Part shown: piece by piece, positions 38,834 to 47,540 of the stretch
Position numbering within the stretch: position 1 is the stretch's first letter
How the letters are laid out: every line of letters begins with the position of its first letter
Source of the DNA: Pseudomonadota bacterium
GTDB taxonomy: Bacteria; Bdellovibrionota; UBA1018
NCBI GenBank assembly: GCA_027485695.1
Contig: JAIXQO010000005.1
Location: 16,358-80,357 of the forward strand
Direction of reading: 5' to 3'
Length of the DNA: 64,000 nt
Translations under genes and position numbers: made by a program
Notes under the pieces: generated by a model
What the model was told of the DNA's origin: nothing
Databases searched by the model: none
The model's input: only the letters and a program-made list of their open reading frames with translations

Positions 38834-39814
38834 ATGAACGCATCGAAAATCACGAGTCTGATCCTGAGCGCATCGCTCATCGTCCTCACCGCTTGTAACG
38901 AAGAGTACATCCCAGCGCCAATCTACACGGCTGACGAAACTTGGGCAGTTGGCCAAGACATCTCGAACGACGGTCCTTACCAAATGTTCGACCGTTGCGC
39001 GGTCATCGGCATCACGAACCGCCTTCGCACGTTCGTTCGCGGAACCGACGGATCTCTCGTCGATGACGAAGCAACCATCAACTCCGGAACGATCTACAAC
39101 GATTTCTACTACGGCCCGAACCTGAACAACCAAACGCTCTTGGGCTCTACTACGGAATCCCTTCAGTGGACGATCCCGTACCTCTACACCTACGAGCACA
39201 GCGCTTACTATCCAGTCGGCACCCAACTCTGGCAGATGGACTACGCGACGATGGATCTCTATTTCCAGGATCTCCAACTCGACTATCCGTACGCGTCTGA
39301 CTACGCTTACACGGATTTCGACGCCGGCACGTTCTCCTGCTTCTACTACTACAACGTGATGATCTATAACGGTAACTACACGGGCAACTACCCAGGCGGC
39401 CGCGTCGCTGCTCCAGAAGGCATCGAACTCCGCACGATCACGAAACGTAACGGCTCCCCAATCGTCGATAAAAACGGCACGGCACCAAAAGTCGCTGTCG
39501 CCAAATACGACCTGATCGACGACGCAATCGCTACGGCAAAAGCATCGGGCGCTAAACTCAATTTCAACAACCGCGCTGAGTTCTTGAACTTCCTCAAGGC
39601 AAGCAAGGGCCGCGCTCTGAACGCGAGCGAAAAAACAGCTCTCGCATCCGTCAGCCGCGTGGTTGTCAAAAACCGCAAAGCAGTCGGCGAAATCGCTAAA
39701 AAATACAACGGCAAGATCGAGAAAATGGTTTTCAGCCCAGAATTCTCGAAGCTTCCAGCCGGCCTGAAAGCTAGCCTCAACAGCATGTACGAATTCTCCA
39801 AGCGCGTGAAATAA
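38834..39814 (+). CDS. Lipoprotein with Tyr-rich acidic N-domain and Lys-rich C-domain
   Basis: AGGAG RBS, lipobox LTAC, strong codon bias, downstream terminator. Confidence 0.85.
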   Translation: MNASKITSLILSASLIVLTACNEEYIPAPIYTADETWAVGQDISNDGPYQMFDRCAVIGITNRLRTFVRGTDGSLVDDEATINSGTIYNDFYYGPNLNNQTLLGSTTESLQWTIPYLYTYEHSAYYPVGTQLWQMDYATMDLYFQDLQLDYPYASDYAYTDFDAGTFSCFYYYNVMIYNGNYTGNYPGGRVAAPEGIELRTITKRNGSPIVDKNGTAPKVAVAKYDLIDDAIATAKASGAKLNFNNRAEFLNFLKASKGRALNASEKTALASVSRVVVKNRKAVGEIAKKYNGKIEKMVFSPEFSKLPAGLKASLNSMYEFSKRVK

Positions 39815-39843
39815 TCACGATCTTGAGCTGAACTCATCAGTCG

Positions 39844-39879
39844 AAACCCCGGGCCGCGGAAACGCAGCTCGGGGTTTTT
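39844..39879 (+). terminator. Intrinsic terminator
   Basis: AAACCCCGGG...CTCGGGGTTTTT. Confidence 0.8.
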
Positions 39880-39891
39880 CATTTTAACCGT

Positions 39892-39945
39892 AAAAAAGAG
39901 AAACCCCGGAATGCGGAGGGAGAGCCGCAATCCGGGGTTTCTTTT
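39892..39945 (-). terminator. Intrinsic, probably bidirectional, terminator
   Basis: GAAACCCCGGA...TCCGGGGTTTC flanked by A and T runs. Confidence 0.75.
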
Positions 39946-39966
39946 AGTCGACCGATCCCGCTTGCG

Positions 39967-41184
39967 CTATTTGTAGCAAGCGATCCGGGTCGCGACCGAG
40001 CACTTGAATTCGGTTGCCTTACATTTGCCCCAGAAGTTCGTTTTCGTGCAGACTTCAACGCATTCGCGGGCCGTCGCCGTCAGGGTGCTGTGTGCTCCGG
40101 TGTATTTTCCAGAGTAGTACTGACCGACCGTGATCGTGTAAGAAACACCGTTTTTCTGGAGTGGATAGAAACCATCTGGGCACTGAATGTCCGATTCATT
40201 CTGAACGAGCCATGCACCTTCGAATCGCGAAGCAACTGGCAGGATGCAGACGTCTTGGTTATTCACTTTGCCCATTTGACCGTAAGCCGCCGTAGAACCG
40301 CCCGGTCCGACTGGTTTCGTTTTCACGCAATCTTCGGCGAGCTGGGATTGCAGCGTGGTCAGGTTCACGTAGAACAGGGTGCCTTCGGCGTCGGTGACGC
40401 GGATGCGGGTTTGACCGACTCCGGATTCTGCTTTGAAAAGGCCCGTATTCACGTCGACGGCTCCGAGACCTTCGTAGATATCGAACTTGTATGGAGGTGT
40501 TCCACCGGAGGCCGTGAGTTTCAGCGTTTGATTCACGCGAACCGAAGCGGACTGAGGTGAAACCGACAATGGCGAGGTGCTTTTCACCTTGATCGTGAGT
40601 TCCACTGTCTCACCATTCGCGTCACTCATCTGGATGAGCGCCTCACCCGGCGTAGCGCCCGCCGAGAAAAGTGTGCCCGCGATAGAGCCGACACCGGCCA
40701 GGTGTACGAACTTGTAAGGAGCCGCGCCGCCTGCTCCGGAGAGAGTGGCAAACTCACCGACTTTGATCGTCGTCTTGGAGACTTTGAGTTCGAGGAAACT
40801 CTTGACCTCGACGTAGGCGAAGTTGATCGCGCCGACGGAGTCTTTGACCTGCAGAACGGCCGTTTCAGTCGCCGAAGATGCGGTGTAGGTTTTCTGGCTC
40901 AAGGTACCGGAACCGGAAACCTTGGAATAAACATACGGAGGCGTTCCACCGCTTGCACTGAGCGTAACGGACGCTCCTGGTTGAATGACCGAAGCGCTCG
41001 CGAGCAGAATGAGCTCATTGGAGGTGCTCGAACCGTTGTCGGTCGATACGTCTTGTTGGCTCATGGCTGCTTCTTCTTCGGCTTCGGCGGCGCTCTTACC
41101 GCAACCCGTAGCCGCGAGTCCCATCCAGGTCAGTGCGAGAATCGTAAGATAGTCTCTTCGATTTTCTTTCTTGATCGTAGTCAT
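39967..41184 (-). CDS. Lipoprotein with three Ig-like (GGTPPY) repeats and a Cys-rich C-terminal domain
   Basis: Lipobox ATGC; repeats ASGGTPPY / AGGAAPY / ASGGTPPY; 8 Cys in the C-terminal domain. Confidence 0.85.
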   Translation of the reverse strand: MTTIKKENRRDYLTILALTWMGLAATGCGKSAAEAEEEAAMSQQDVSTDNGSSTSNELILLASASVIQPGASVTLSASGGTPPYVYSKVSGSGTLSQKTYTASSATETAVLQVKDSVGAINFAYVEVKSFLELKVSKTTIKVGEFATLSGAGGAAPYKFVHLAGVGSIAGTLFSAGATPGEALIQMSDANGETVELTIKVKSTSPLSVSPQSASVRVNQTLKLTASGGTPPYKFDIYEGLGAVDVNTGLFKAESGVGQTRIRVTDAEGTLFYVNLTTLQSQLAEDCVKTKPVGPGGSTAAYGQMGKVNNQDVCILPVASRFEGAWLVQNESDIQCPDGFYPLQKNGVSYTITVGQYYSGKYTGAHSTLTATARECVEVCTKTNFWGKCKATEFKCSVATRIACYK

Positions 41185-41210
41185 AATGTTGTCTCCCTAC
41201 CTGACTAGAG

Positions 41211-41227
41211 AGCAAAACTGTTGCCAA
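41211..41227 (-). promoter_or_regulatory. sigma54 promoter
   Basis: Minus strand TTGGCAACAGTTTTGCT, GG-N10-GC, 26 nt before ATG with a GGGAG RBS in between. Confidence 0.75.
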
Positions 41228-41417
41228 GTGGGTGTGTCATTTTTTCTCGATCAATCCTGGAAACATCGGAGCGAGCACACAGACCTGGGAATCAATCGAA
41301 TAGAAAACAATCAGTGCACTGTCGAATGTTTGGACGATTTCTGAGCGGGAATGGTCAAAAAAACGACATAACGCTTTGTATAATTTTATCTAGTTTTTAT
41401 TTAATCATTCCAAAACC

Positions 41418-41445
41418 TTAAGCTCATTCGCCCGCTTTCCGATCC
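41418..41445 (+). promoter_or_regulatory. Putative sigma28 promoter of the chaperone-protease operon
   Basis: TTAAG-N15-TCCGATCC. Confidence 0.55.
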
Positions 41446-41492
41446 GAAAGTTGAGGAAGACACATTCTATAGAGAGGAGATGCTCCCTTAAA

Positions 41493-42254
41493 ATGAGAAG
41501 GATGAGGGTTTGGGCTATAACACTCAGTATGATCGGGGTCGTCGGCCTCGTCGCCATTGCGACTTGGCGCGAGTTCTCGCGCCTTGCCTCCAGCGAGCAC
41601 CCCAAGCGAGTCATCGTCACTCCGGATCTTCGTCCGGAGGCCCAGAACAACATGGGCGCCGCGCGCCTCCTCTCAGAAAATAACGGCGGCGCAGTCGCCA
41701 ACAACAACGCACGTTCCCCGGCTTCGACGGGCGCAACCGGCGGAGAAGTCGGATCACTCGAGTTTAACTCGCGCACTCCCGTCGTAAAAAGCCGCGCACT
41801 TGCTCGAACCAACTTCGAAAACCGCTATCGCTGGGCGGGCGCTGGTCTCGAAAGCATCGGTATGCCGGAGTGGAAAATCCTCTCAGTCGCCTCTGATTCG
41901 GTCACCGAGTCCGAGCGCGTATTCAATTACTCGATTTCTCACCTGGCACGCGGACGCAGCAAACCCGAGGCGTTCCACGGACCGATCGCAGTTTACGATC
42001 CAAATCAACGGCGCATCGGGGTTTTAACCGGCAAGATCACCGTCCGATTCAAAGACTCCGCTGACTCCGATCCCGATCAATTCGGTGAACGGTTCGACGT
42101 GATTCCCGTGAATATTCGTCGCGATGACACCGTTTCGACCTACGAAGTACGCGACGGTAAGAACCTCGCGGCAACCATTCAAGCCATGGGACTCGATCCG
42201 AAAGTGGCCGCCGTCTATACGGAAATTCTTTCTAACGAAATCAGGACTCGATAA
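41493..42254 (+). CDS. Membrane-anchored protein with a C-terminal protease-propeptide-like (ASP external chaperone-like) domain
   Basis: N-terminal TM; VYDPNQRRIGVLTGKITVRF...DPKVAAVYTEIL pattern; stop overlaps the protease start. Confidence 0.65.
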   Translation: MRRMRVWAITLSMIGVVGLVAIATWREFSRLASSEHPKRVIVTPDLRPEAQNNMGAARLLSENNGGAVANNNARSPASTGATGGEVGSLEFNSRTPVVKSRALARTNFENRYRWAGAGLESIGMPEWKILSVASDSVTESERVFNYSISHLARGRSKPEAFHGPIAVYDPNQRRIGVLTGKITVRFKDSADSDPDQFGERFDVIPVNIRRDDTVSTYEVRDGKNLAATIQAMGLDPKVAAVYTEILSNEIRTR

Positions 42255-44044
42255 TGAAACGCTATTCTTCGATCTACACCTGGATTCTGGTTCTCCCGTT
42301 GACGGCATGTTTGCCTCAAGGGAGCGGCCTACTCAAAGAAACGAAAAAAATTAGCCTCAAGAACAGCACGGGCAGCGACAAGAACAACGGTCCAGATAAC
42401 AGTGATCCGCCGAACAACGGCCCCGAAGGCACCGACCCATTCACTGCACAGGCCTGGCATTTAAAAAATTCCGGTCAAATGGCCTACTCGACGAGCGCCG
42501 GCGTCGCCGGTGTCGATATCAACGTCGATACGGTTTTCAAAGAAGGCGTTCAAGGCAACGGCATTCAAGTGTTCGTTTCCGATGATGGGATCGAAGGAAA
42601 CCACGAAGACCTTTTCAACAATCTTCGCAAAGGGATCGCGCGTGATTACACCAAAAGCGGTTCTTACGACGCCAACTGGGTCACACTTTCGGATGGCACA
42701 TTTAACGACGGCGAGGCTTATCACGACGACCACGGGACTTCGGTAGCGGGACTGATCGCGGCCGAAGCGATGAACAGCCGCGGTAGCCGCGGCGTCGCTC
42801 CAAAAGCCAAACTCAACATCGGAAACTTACTTTCGGGAACCGTTTTGAAAAACGGCGGTCCTGCCCTTGACATGATGATCGACCAGATCTCACACACCTC
42901 AGACATCACGAACCAGAGCTGGGGCACTCCGCAAGACGGGCTCGACTATGCGGAGACTGGATACGTCGATCAAATGCGCCAAGCTGCCACGACGGGTCGA
43001 GCGAACAAAGGCATGCTGATCGTGAAATCAGCGGGTAATAGTTTCGCCGTCGAAGTCGCAAACAACGTCTACCGGTTCGGCAACGTGAGTTTCGACGGTT
43101 ACAATACGACGCCCTATACGATCAACGTCGCGGCCATCAATGCTCAAGGCCGCCACGCTTCTTACTCCTCATTTGGTAGCGGTGTTTGGGTATCTGCCCC
43201 CGGCGGAGAATACGGCGATACCTCGCCCGCGATGATCACCACCGATCGTACCGGCTGCGCAAACGGCCACGCAAAAACATCCGCCACCTCCAACGGGTTC
43301 GATCGCGGCGGAAACACCAACTCGAATTGCACCTATACCGCCTCTTTTAACGGAACTTCGTCCGCAGCTCCGGTGACCTCGGGCGTGATCGCATTGATTC
43401 TAGAAGCGAATCCAACGCTCACCTGGCGCGACGTCAAACACATCCTGGCCTCGACCGCCAAGCGACTAGAGCCCACCGCAACTCGCTACAACTATCCGGA
43501 CGCGAACGTAACGCTCCCGGCGGGAATGGTTTGGGAGCAAGGCTGGGTCGAGAACAAAGCCGGTTTTGTTTTCAACAACATCTATGGATTCGGAATGGTC
43601 GATGCGACTGCAGCTGTCCGCTACGCCGGCATCTACAGCATGAACCTCGGCACACAAAAAGAATCGGCCTGGATCTCAAGCGCCACCGGAAACACAGCGA
43701 TCCCAGACAACAACGTGACCGGCATCACGAGCACGATCACAGTCCCAAGCACGCTGACGATCGAAGCCATTCAGGTTCAAATCGATGCTACTCACACCGA
43801 AATCGGTCAATTGGCCGTCGAGATCACGTCCGCACAAGGAACCAAAAACATCCTCCTGAATGCGAACAACTCGCTCTACGATTTACAGAACTACGGTGGG
43901 TCGGCGAACCTCTATACGTTCTTGTCGAACGCCTTCTACGGCGAAAAAGCGAACGGCACGTGGACCATGCGATTGATCGATCCATTCGCCCAGAAAACCG
44001 GAAATTTCCGCAGCTGGAAAGTCAAAGTCATCGGTCGCGATTGA
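42254..44044 (+). CDS. Kexin/furin-like S8 serine protease with P-domain, lipoprotein
   Basis: Lipobox LTAC; triad SDDG, HGTSVAG, GTSSAAP; LTWRDVKHIL; YGFG; P-domain FYGEKANGTW. Confidence 0.93.
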   Translation: MKRYSSIYTWILVLPLTACLPQGSGLLKETKKISLKNSTGSDKNNGPDNSDPPNNGPEGTDPFTAQAWHLKNSGQMAYSTSAGVAGVDINVDTVFKEGVQGNGIQVFVSDDGIEGNHEDLFNNLRKGIARDYTKSGSYDANWVTLSDGTFNDGEAYHDDHGTSVAGLIAAEAMNSRGSRGVAPKAKLNIGNLLSGTVLKNGGPALDMMIDQISHTSDITNQSWGTPQDGLDYAETGYVDQMRQAATTGRANKGMLIVKSAGNSFAVEVANNVYRFGNVSFDGYNTTPYTINVAAINAQGRHASYSSFGSGVWVSAPGGEYGDTSPAMITTDRTGCANGHAKTSATSNGFDRGGNTNSNCTYTASFNGTSSAAPVTSGVIALILEANPTLTWRDVKHILASTAKRLEPTATRYNYPDANVTLPAGMVWEQGWVENKAGFVFNNIYGFGMVDATAAVRYAGIYSMNLGTQKESAWISSATGNTAIPDNNVTGITSTITVPSTLTIEAIQVQIDATHTEIGQLAVEITSAQGTKNILLNANNSLYDLQNYGGSANLYTFLSNAFYGEKANGTWTMRLIDPFAQKTGNFRSWKVKVIGRD

Positions 44045-44167
44045 TCCCATTCGCTCAAACCACCTCAAGTCTACAGCCTGGACCTTGAACCGTTTTGACA
44101 ATCCGTTTGGGAGCCCCTAGTCTAGTACGCGGGTCTGTACTCAATCATTACCTGAGGAGGCTCTCGG

Positions 44168-44650
44168 TTGTTCCGCATCACCACTCCCATCATTCTCGCA
44201 TTCTTCGGCACCTATTGCGGAGTCACGCTATTAGCGGACGTTCCTTGCATCCCGCTTCGCTACCATCATCCGCTCGAGGGTCAGAGCGCACATGCATCTT
44301 TGAATGGGGAGACCGGCGCAACCATCGAACTCGCATCAATGATTTCTCGATGGATAGAGGACGGTTCCGCGTTTAAACCGGGTGATCTTTCGGACATTAC
44401 CAAACAAAACCGTGTGAAAACTTGGGTGACGCTCACGGATCGAATCACCGACGGCGTCCGATCTCATCCTTCTGCGGAGCGGTCCCAATGGACGCGAGCA
44501 CTCCGAACCTGCGCCGAGCACCCGAATCTCATCGATACGGTTCGCGCGATCTGTTGGAAACGTTGGTCTTCCGTTCGAGACGGAAATTCTCCCACTGGCG
44601 CCGAACCAGTTGTTCCAAGTCGGGTCGCCGCACTTTCGGAAATTCTATAA
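44168..44650 (+). CDS. Hypothetical exported protein
   Basis: GAGGAGG RBS before TTG; hydrophobic N-terminus. Confidence 0.55.
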   Translation: MFRITTPIILAFFGTYCGVTLLADVPCIPLRYHHPLEGQSAHASLNGETGATIELASMISRWIEDGSAFKPGDLSDITKQNRVKTWVTLTDRITDGVRSHPSAERSQWTRALRTCAEHPNLIDTVRAICWKRWSSVRDGNSPTGAEPVVPSRVAALSEIL

Positions 44651-44786
44651 ATCCACGTGCAGGACCGAGCTAGTCCTTGAGTAGATATCTATCTACAACA
44701 AGTTTAATAGCAGTTCCCGGTTCAAGACGAAAAATCCATCTGGCATAGTTTGGCGCAGGAAACCCAACCTACTAGCAGGGAACACC

Positions 44787-46397
44787 ATGCGTGCAATTGA
44801 ACTATTTCTTGTCTGTCTACTGAGTTTTTCTACCATAGAGGCTCGTGCAAATCCGAGCGTCGACAGACTTGAGAATGTCGCGATCTATCAGCCACAAAAT
44901 GGCCAATTTCTTGAGCACCAAGACATCTACTGGAACCGATTCGGTCAGATCGTTCAAATTACGCCGACAAAAACAACATCACTCAACCTACCGCAAAGGT
45001 ATGTGATTCCCGGAATGGTCGATAGTCACATTCATTTTTTCCAAAGCGGCGGACTCTATGCCCGCCCCGATGTTTTGGACCTGCGCAAGATCCGCGACTA
45101 TGCAGTAGAAACCCAATGGACCAAGTCCAAGTGGCGAGAATGGTTGAACGCATACGCCGCCATGGGAATTACGAGCGTCATCGACGTAGGCGGACCCTTC
45201 TGGAATCTAGACATCGAACGCATGGCCCAAAACGACCCGATGCTCGCGCGGGTTTCCGTGGCCGGACCTTTGATCTCGAACTACGACGCTACCAATCTCA
45301 AACAACCCGACTCCCCTTACACGTTGATCAAAACATTTGAAGATGTACGCAACGAGGTCGCACGTCAGATCCAAGCCGGATTTAGATTCATCAAGATCTG
45401 GTGGATTGATGACGTGAATCTACGTGAGCAATCGATTCGCCACATTCAAGCCCTAGGAAAACCAATTTTTTTCCACTCGTCAGATGTACCCATGGTGAAA
45501 CACGCGATCAGCTTAGGCGTTGATTTCCTGGTTCATTCGCCGGATACCCATTTCCTGGCCCAAGATCCTGAACTGCCGCCGCTGCTCGATTCTGCAGTAA
45601 AACGTAAGCCGTTGTTTCTCAGTCCGACCCTCTTGGTCTCCCGTAACTACCGTCGCGGCATGGACGGAAATTTCAATCCGACCCCATTCGAAGTGGATCA
45701 TGCCGATCCTCGTATTTTGTTTTCATTCAACGATCACAAATTCCTGAAGCTTCGATTCCCCACACCTGAAAGAATCGAAGCGAATCGACAAGAGAGTATC
45801 CGGATCAACTCCAACGCAAAATACTTGTTCGACCACGGCCTCATCACCACCGTCGGTACGGATGCTGGGAATACGGGTACGCTTCATGGAACTTCGTTTT
45901 TTGACGAAATGGACGAGATGCTCCGGATCGGAATGTCACCGGTCGACGTCTTGAATGCGGCGACGATCAATGCTGCAAGAGTACTCAAAAGAGACCGTTG
46001 GTTGGGCCTCGTGAAACCGGGCTACCAAGCTGATCTGGTGGTTTTGCGAGACAATCCTCTCATTCGATTTGAAACCTTGCGATTTCCGCTATCGGTATTC
46101 CGATCCGGTGTTCTCGTAAATCGTTTCGCCTCTGATGAAACTCAAGTTTTGAGAACCCTGATTCGCGCTCAACTGCAGAGATTTTCCGGTGTATCATTGT
46201 CGCCGGATTTTTTAGTGACGGACTTCAGCCCGAGCTTGCAATGGGCTCTGCCTGCACCACCTCGCCCAATCACCATCGAAGTCCCTGGAAAAGCTTTGGT
46301 GCAAGGAGGGGCAGAGGCACAACCGGCTGTCGCCAAAGTCGTATTTGATCGGTCGATCAACCGCTACCGTGTAATATCGATTGAACGTCGGCTGTAG
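44787..46397 (+). CDS. Secreted amidohydrolase-superfamily protein
   Basis: Signal peptide; IPGMVDSHIH, IKIW, GTDAG, AATINAA, G.VKPGYQADLVVL..NPL. Confidence 0.9.
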   Translation: MRAIELFLVCLLSFSTIEARANPSVDRLENVAIYQPQNGQFLEHQDIYWNRFGQIVQITPTKTTSLNLPQRYVIPGMVDSHIHFFQSGGLYARPDVLDLRKIRDYAVETQWTKSKWREWLNAYAAMGITSVIDVGGPFWNLDIERMAQNDPMLARVSVAGPLISNYDATNLKQPDSPYTLIKTFEDVRNEVARQIQAGFRFIKIWWIDDVNLREQSIRHIQALGKPIFFHSSDVPMVKHAISLGVDFLVHSPDTHFLAQDPELPPLLDSAVKRKPLFLSPTLLVSRNYRRGMDGNFNPTPFEVDHADPRILFSFNDHKFLKLRFPTPERIEANRQESIRINSNAKYLFDHGLITTVGTDAGNTGTLHGTSFFDEMDEMLRIGMSPVDVLNAATINAARVLKRDRWLGLVKPGYQADLVVLRDNPLIRFETLRFPLSVFRSGVLVNRFASDETQVLRTLIRAQLQRFSGVSLSPDFLVTDFSPSLQWALPAPPRPITIEVPGKALVQGGAEAQPAVAKVVFDRSINRYRVISIERRL

Positions 46398-46471
46398 AAT
46401 TTTCCACTCAAACTGGGAATCATACCCGTGAACACGGTGTCTTTTTTTAGTTACAGGCGTATGATGTCGTA

Positions 46472-47359
46472 ATGGGTTCCTCGTCCACTGCGCGCTGTTT
46501 TTTCTGGGTCGGCCTGAGCTCGCTCGCCTTCTCACTGATGGCGCTTTTTATTAAGATTGGCGCCGAGACGTTGCCGAACTCTATTCTGATTTTCGCGCGC
46601 AGCTTCGTGATGCTTATTTTAGTCACCTTGCTTTGTTTGAAAAAGAAATCTCCGCTTCGTTCGAATCATTGGAGAAAACTCGTCCTTCGTGGTCTAGCAG
46701 GGAGCGGAAGCCTCGCACTCTACGTGCTCACGGTCTCTCGCATACACCTTTCGTCAGCGGTGCTGCTCACGAGCTTGGCACCTATCTTTGTCGTTTTCTT
46801 CTCTTGGCTTTTTTTGAATGAGGCCATCAGCCGCAAAACCTTGTTCTGGGTTTTCTTCTCCATCGCGGGAGTCGCGTTCGTTACGAGTCCTTGGCAACAA
46901 GGCCAGAACTCAGAACTCATCATCGGCGCCGTGACTGGATTGACGAGCGCTGCATGCGCTGCGGCAGCATATACGACGATCCGTTCCATGAGTGGCAAGG
47001 TCGAATCCGAAGTGATTGTTTTCTATTTCTCGTGGATCGCGAGCCTGCTTTCGGCGCCGTTTGCAATTCAAGATTGGATCGATCTTTATCTTCCAGCAAC
47101 CAGTTACGTCGTCCTCATACTCATAGGACTACTCGGTTTCCTGGGTCAGCTGTTTATGACGTACGGCTATAAATTCGGCAGTGCGACGCTCGCAAGCTCG
47201 TTTGGACTGCTCTCCATCGTTCTGAGCACCGCCTGGAGTATCGTTTTCCTCGACGATCATCTCACTTGGGCGAATACGCTGGGTACGGTTGTCATTCTAC
47301 TCGGCGTCTGGCAAGTGAGTCAGAATCCTGTGGGACTCCGCGACACGCAGCAAAAATAA
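46472..47359 (+). CDS. EamA/DMT-family transporter
   Basis: About 10 TM helices; LVLRGLAG, LFLNE, GQLFMTYGY. Confidence 0.9.
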   Translation: MGSSSTARCFFWVGLSSLAFSLMALFIKIGAETLPNSILIFARSFVMLILVTLLCLKKKSPLRSNHWRKLVLRGLAGSGSLALYVLTVSRIHLSSAVLLTSLAPIFVVFFSWLFLNEAISRKTLFWVFFSIAGVAFVTSPWQQGQNSELIIGAVTGLTSAACAAAAYTTIRSMSGKVESEVIVFYFSWIASLLSAPFAIQDWIDLYLPATSYVVLILIGLLGFLGQLFMTYGYKFGSATLASSFGLLSIVLSTAWSIVFLDDHLTWANTLGTVVILLGVWQVSQNPVGLRDTQQK

Positions 47360-47540
47360 ACATCCAATAGATAACTTATAAAAACTTAGTAACGCTGAGC
47401 GCTTTCGACGCTCTTCGTATATTTCTCCCCCCCTCTTCCAAAAAATTTTCCTTTGGAATAAACAATTCGCCTGGATTTCGGCGCCCTCCCGGTCCCGGTG
47501 AGGCGAACGAAATCTTTCCAGAAATCGGGGGATTTCATCC

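Noticed and set aside
39844-39945. Two similar AAACCCCGG...CGGGGTTT hairpins as a MITE or ncRNA
   Set aside because: Adequately explained as back-to-back terminators between convergent genes.
44741-44757. sigma54 promoter TGGCATAGTTTGGCGCA
   Set aside because: GG-to-GC spacing is 9 or 11 rather than the required 10.
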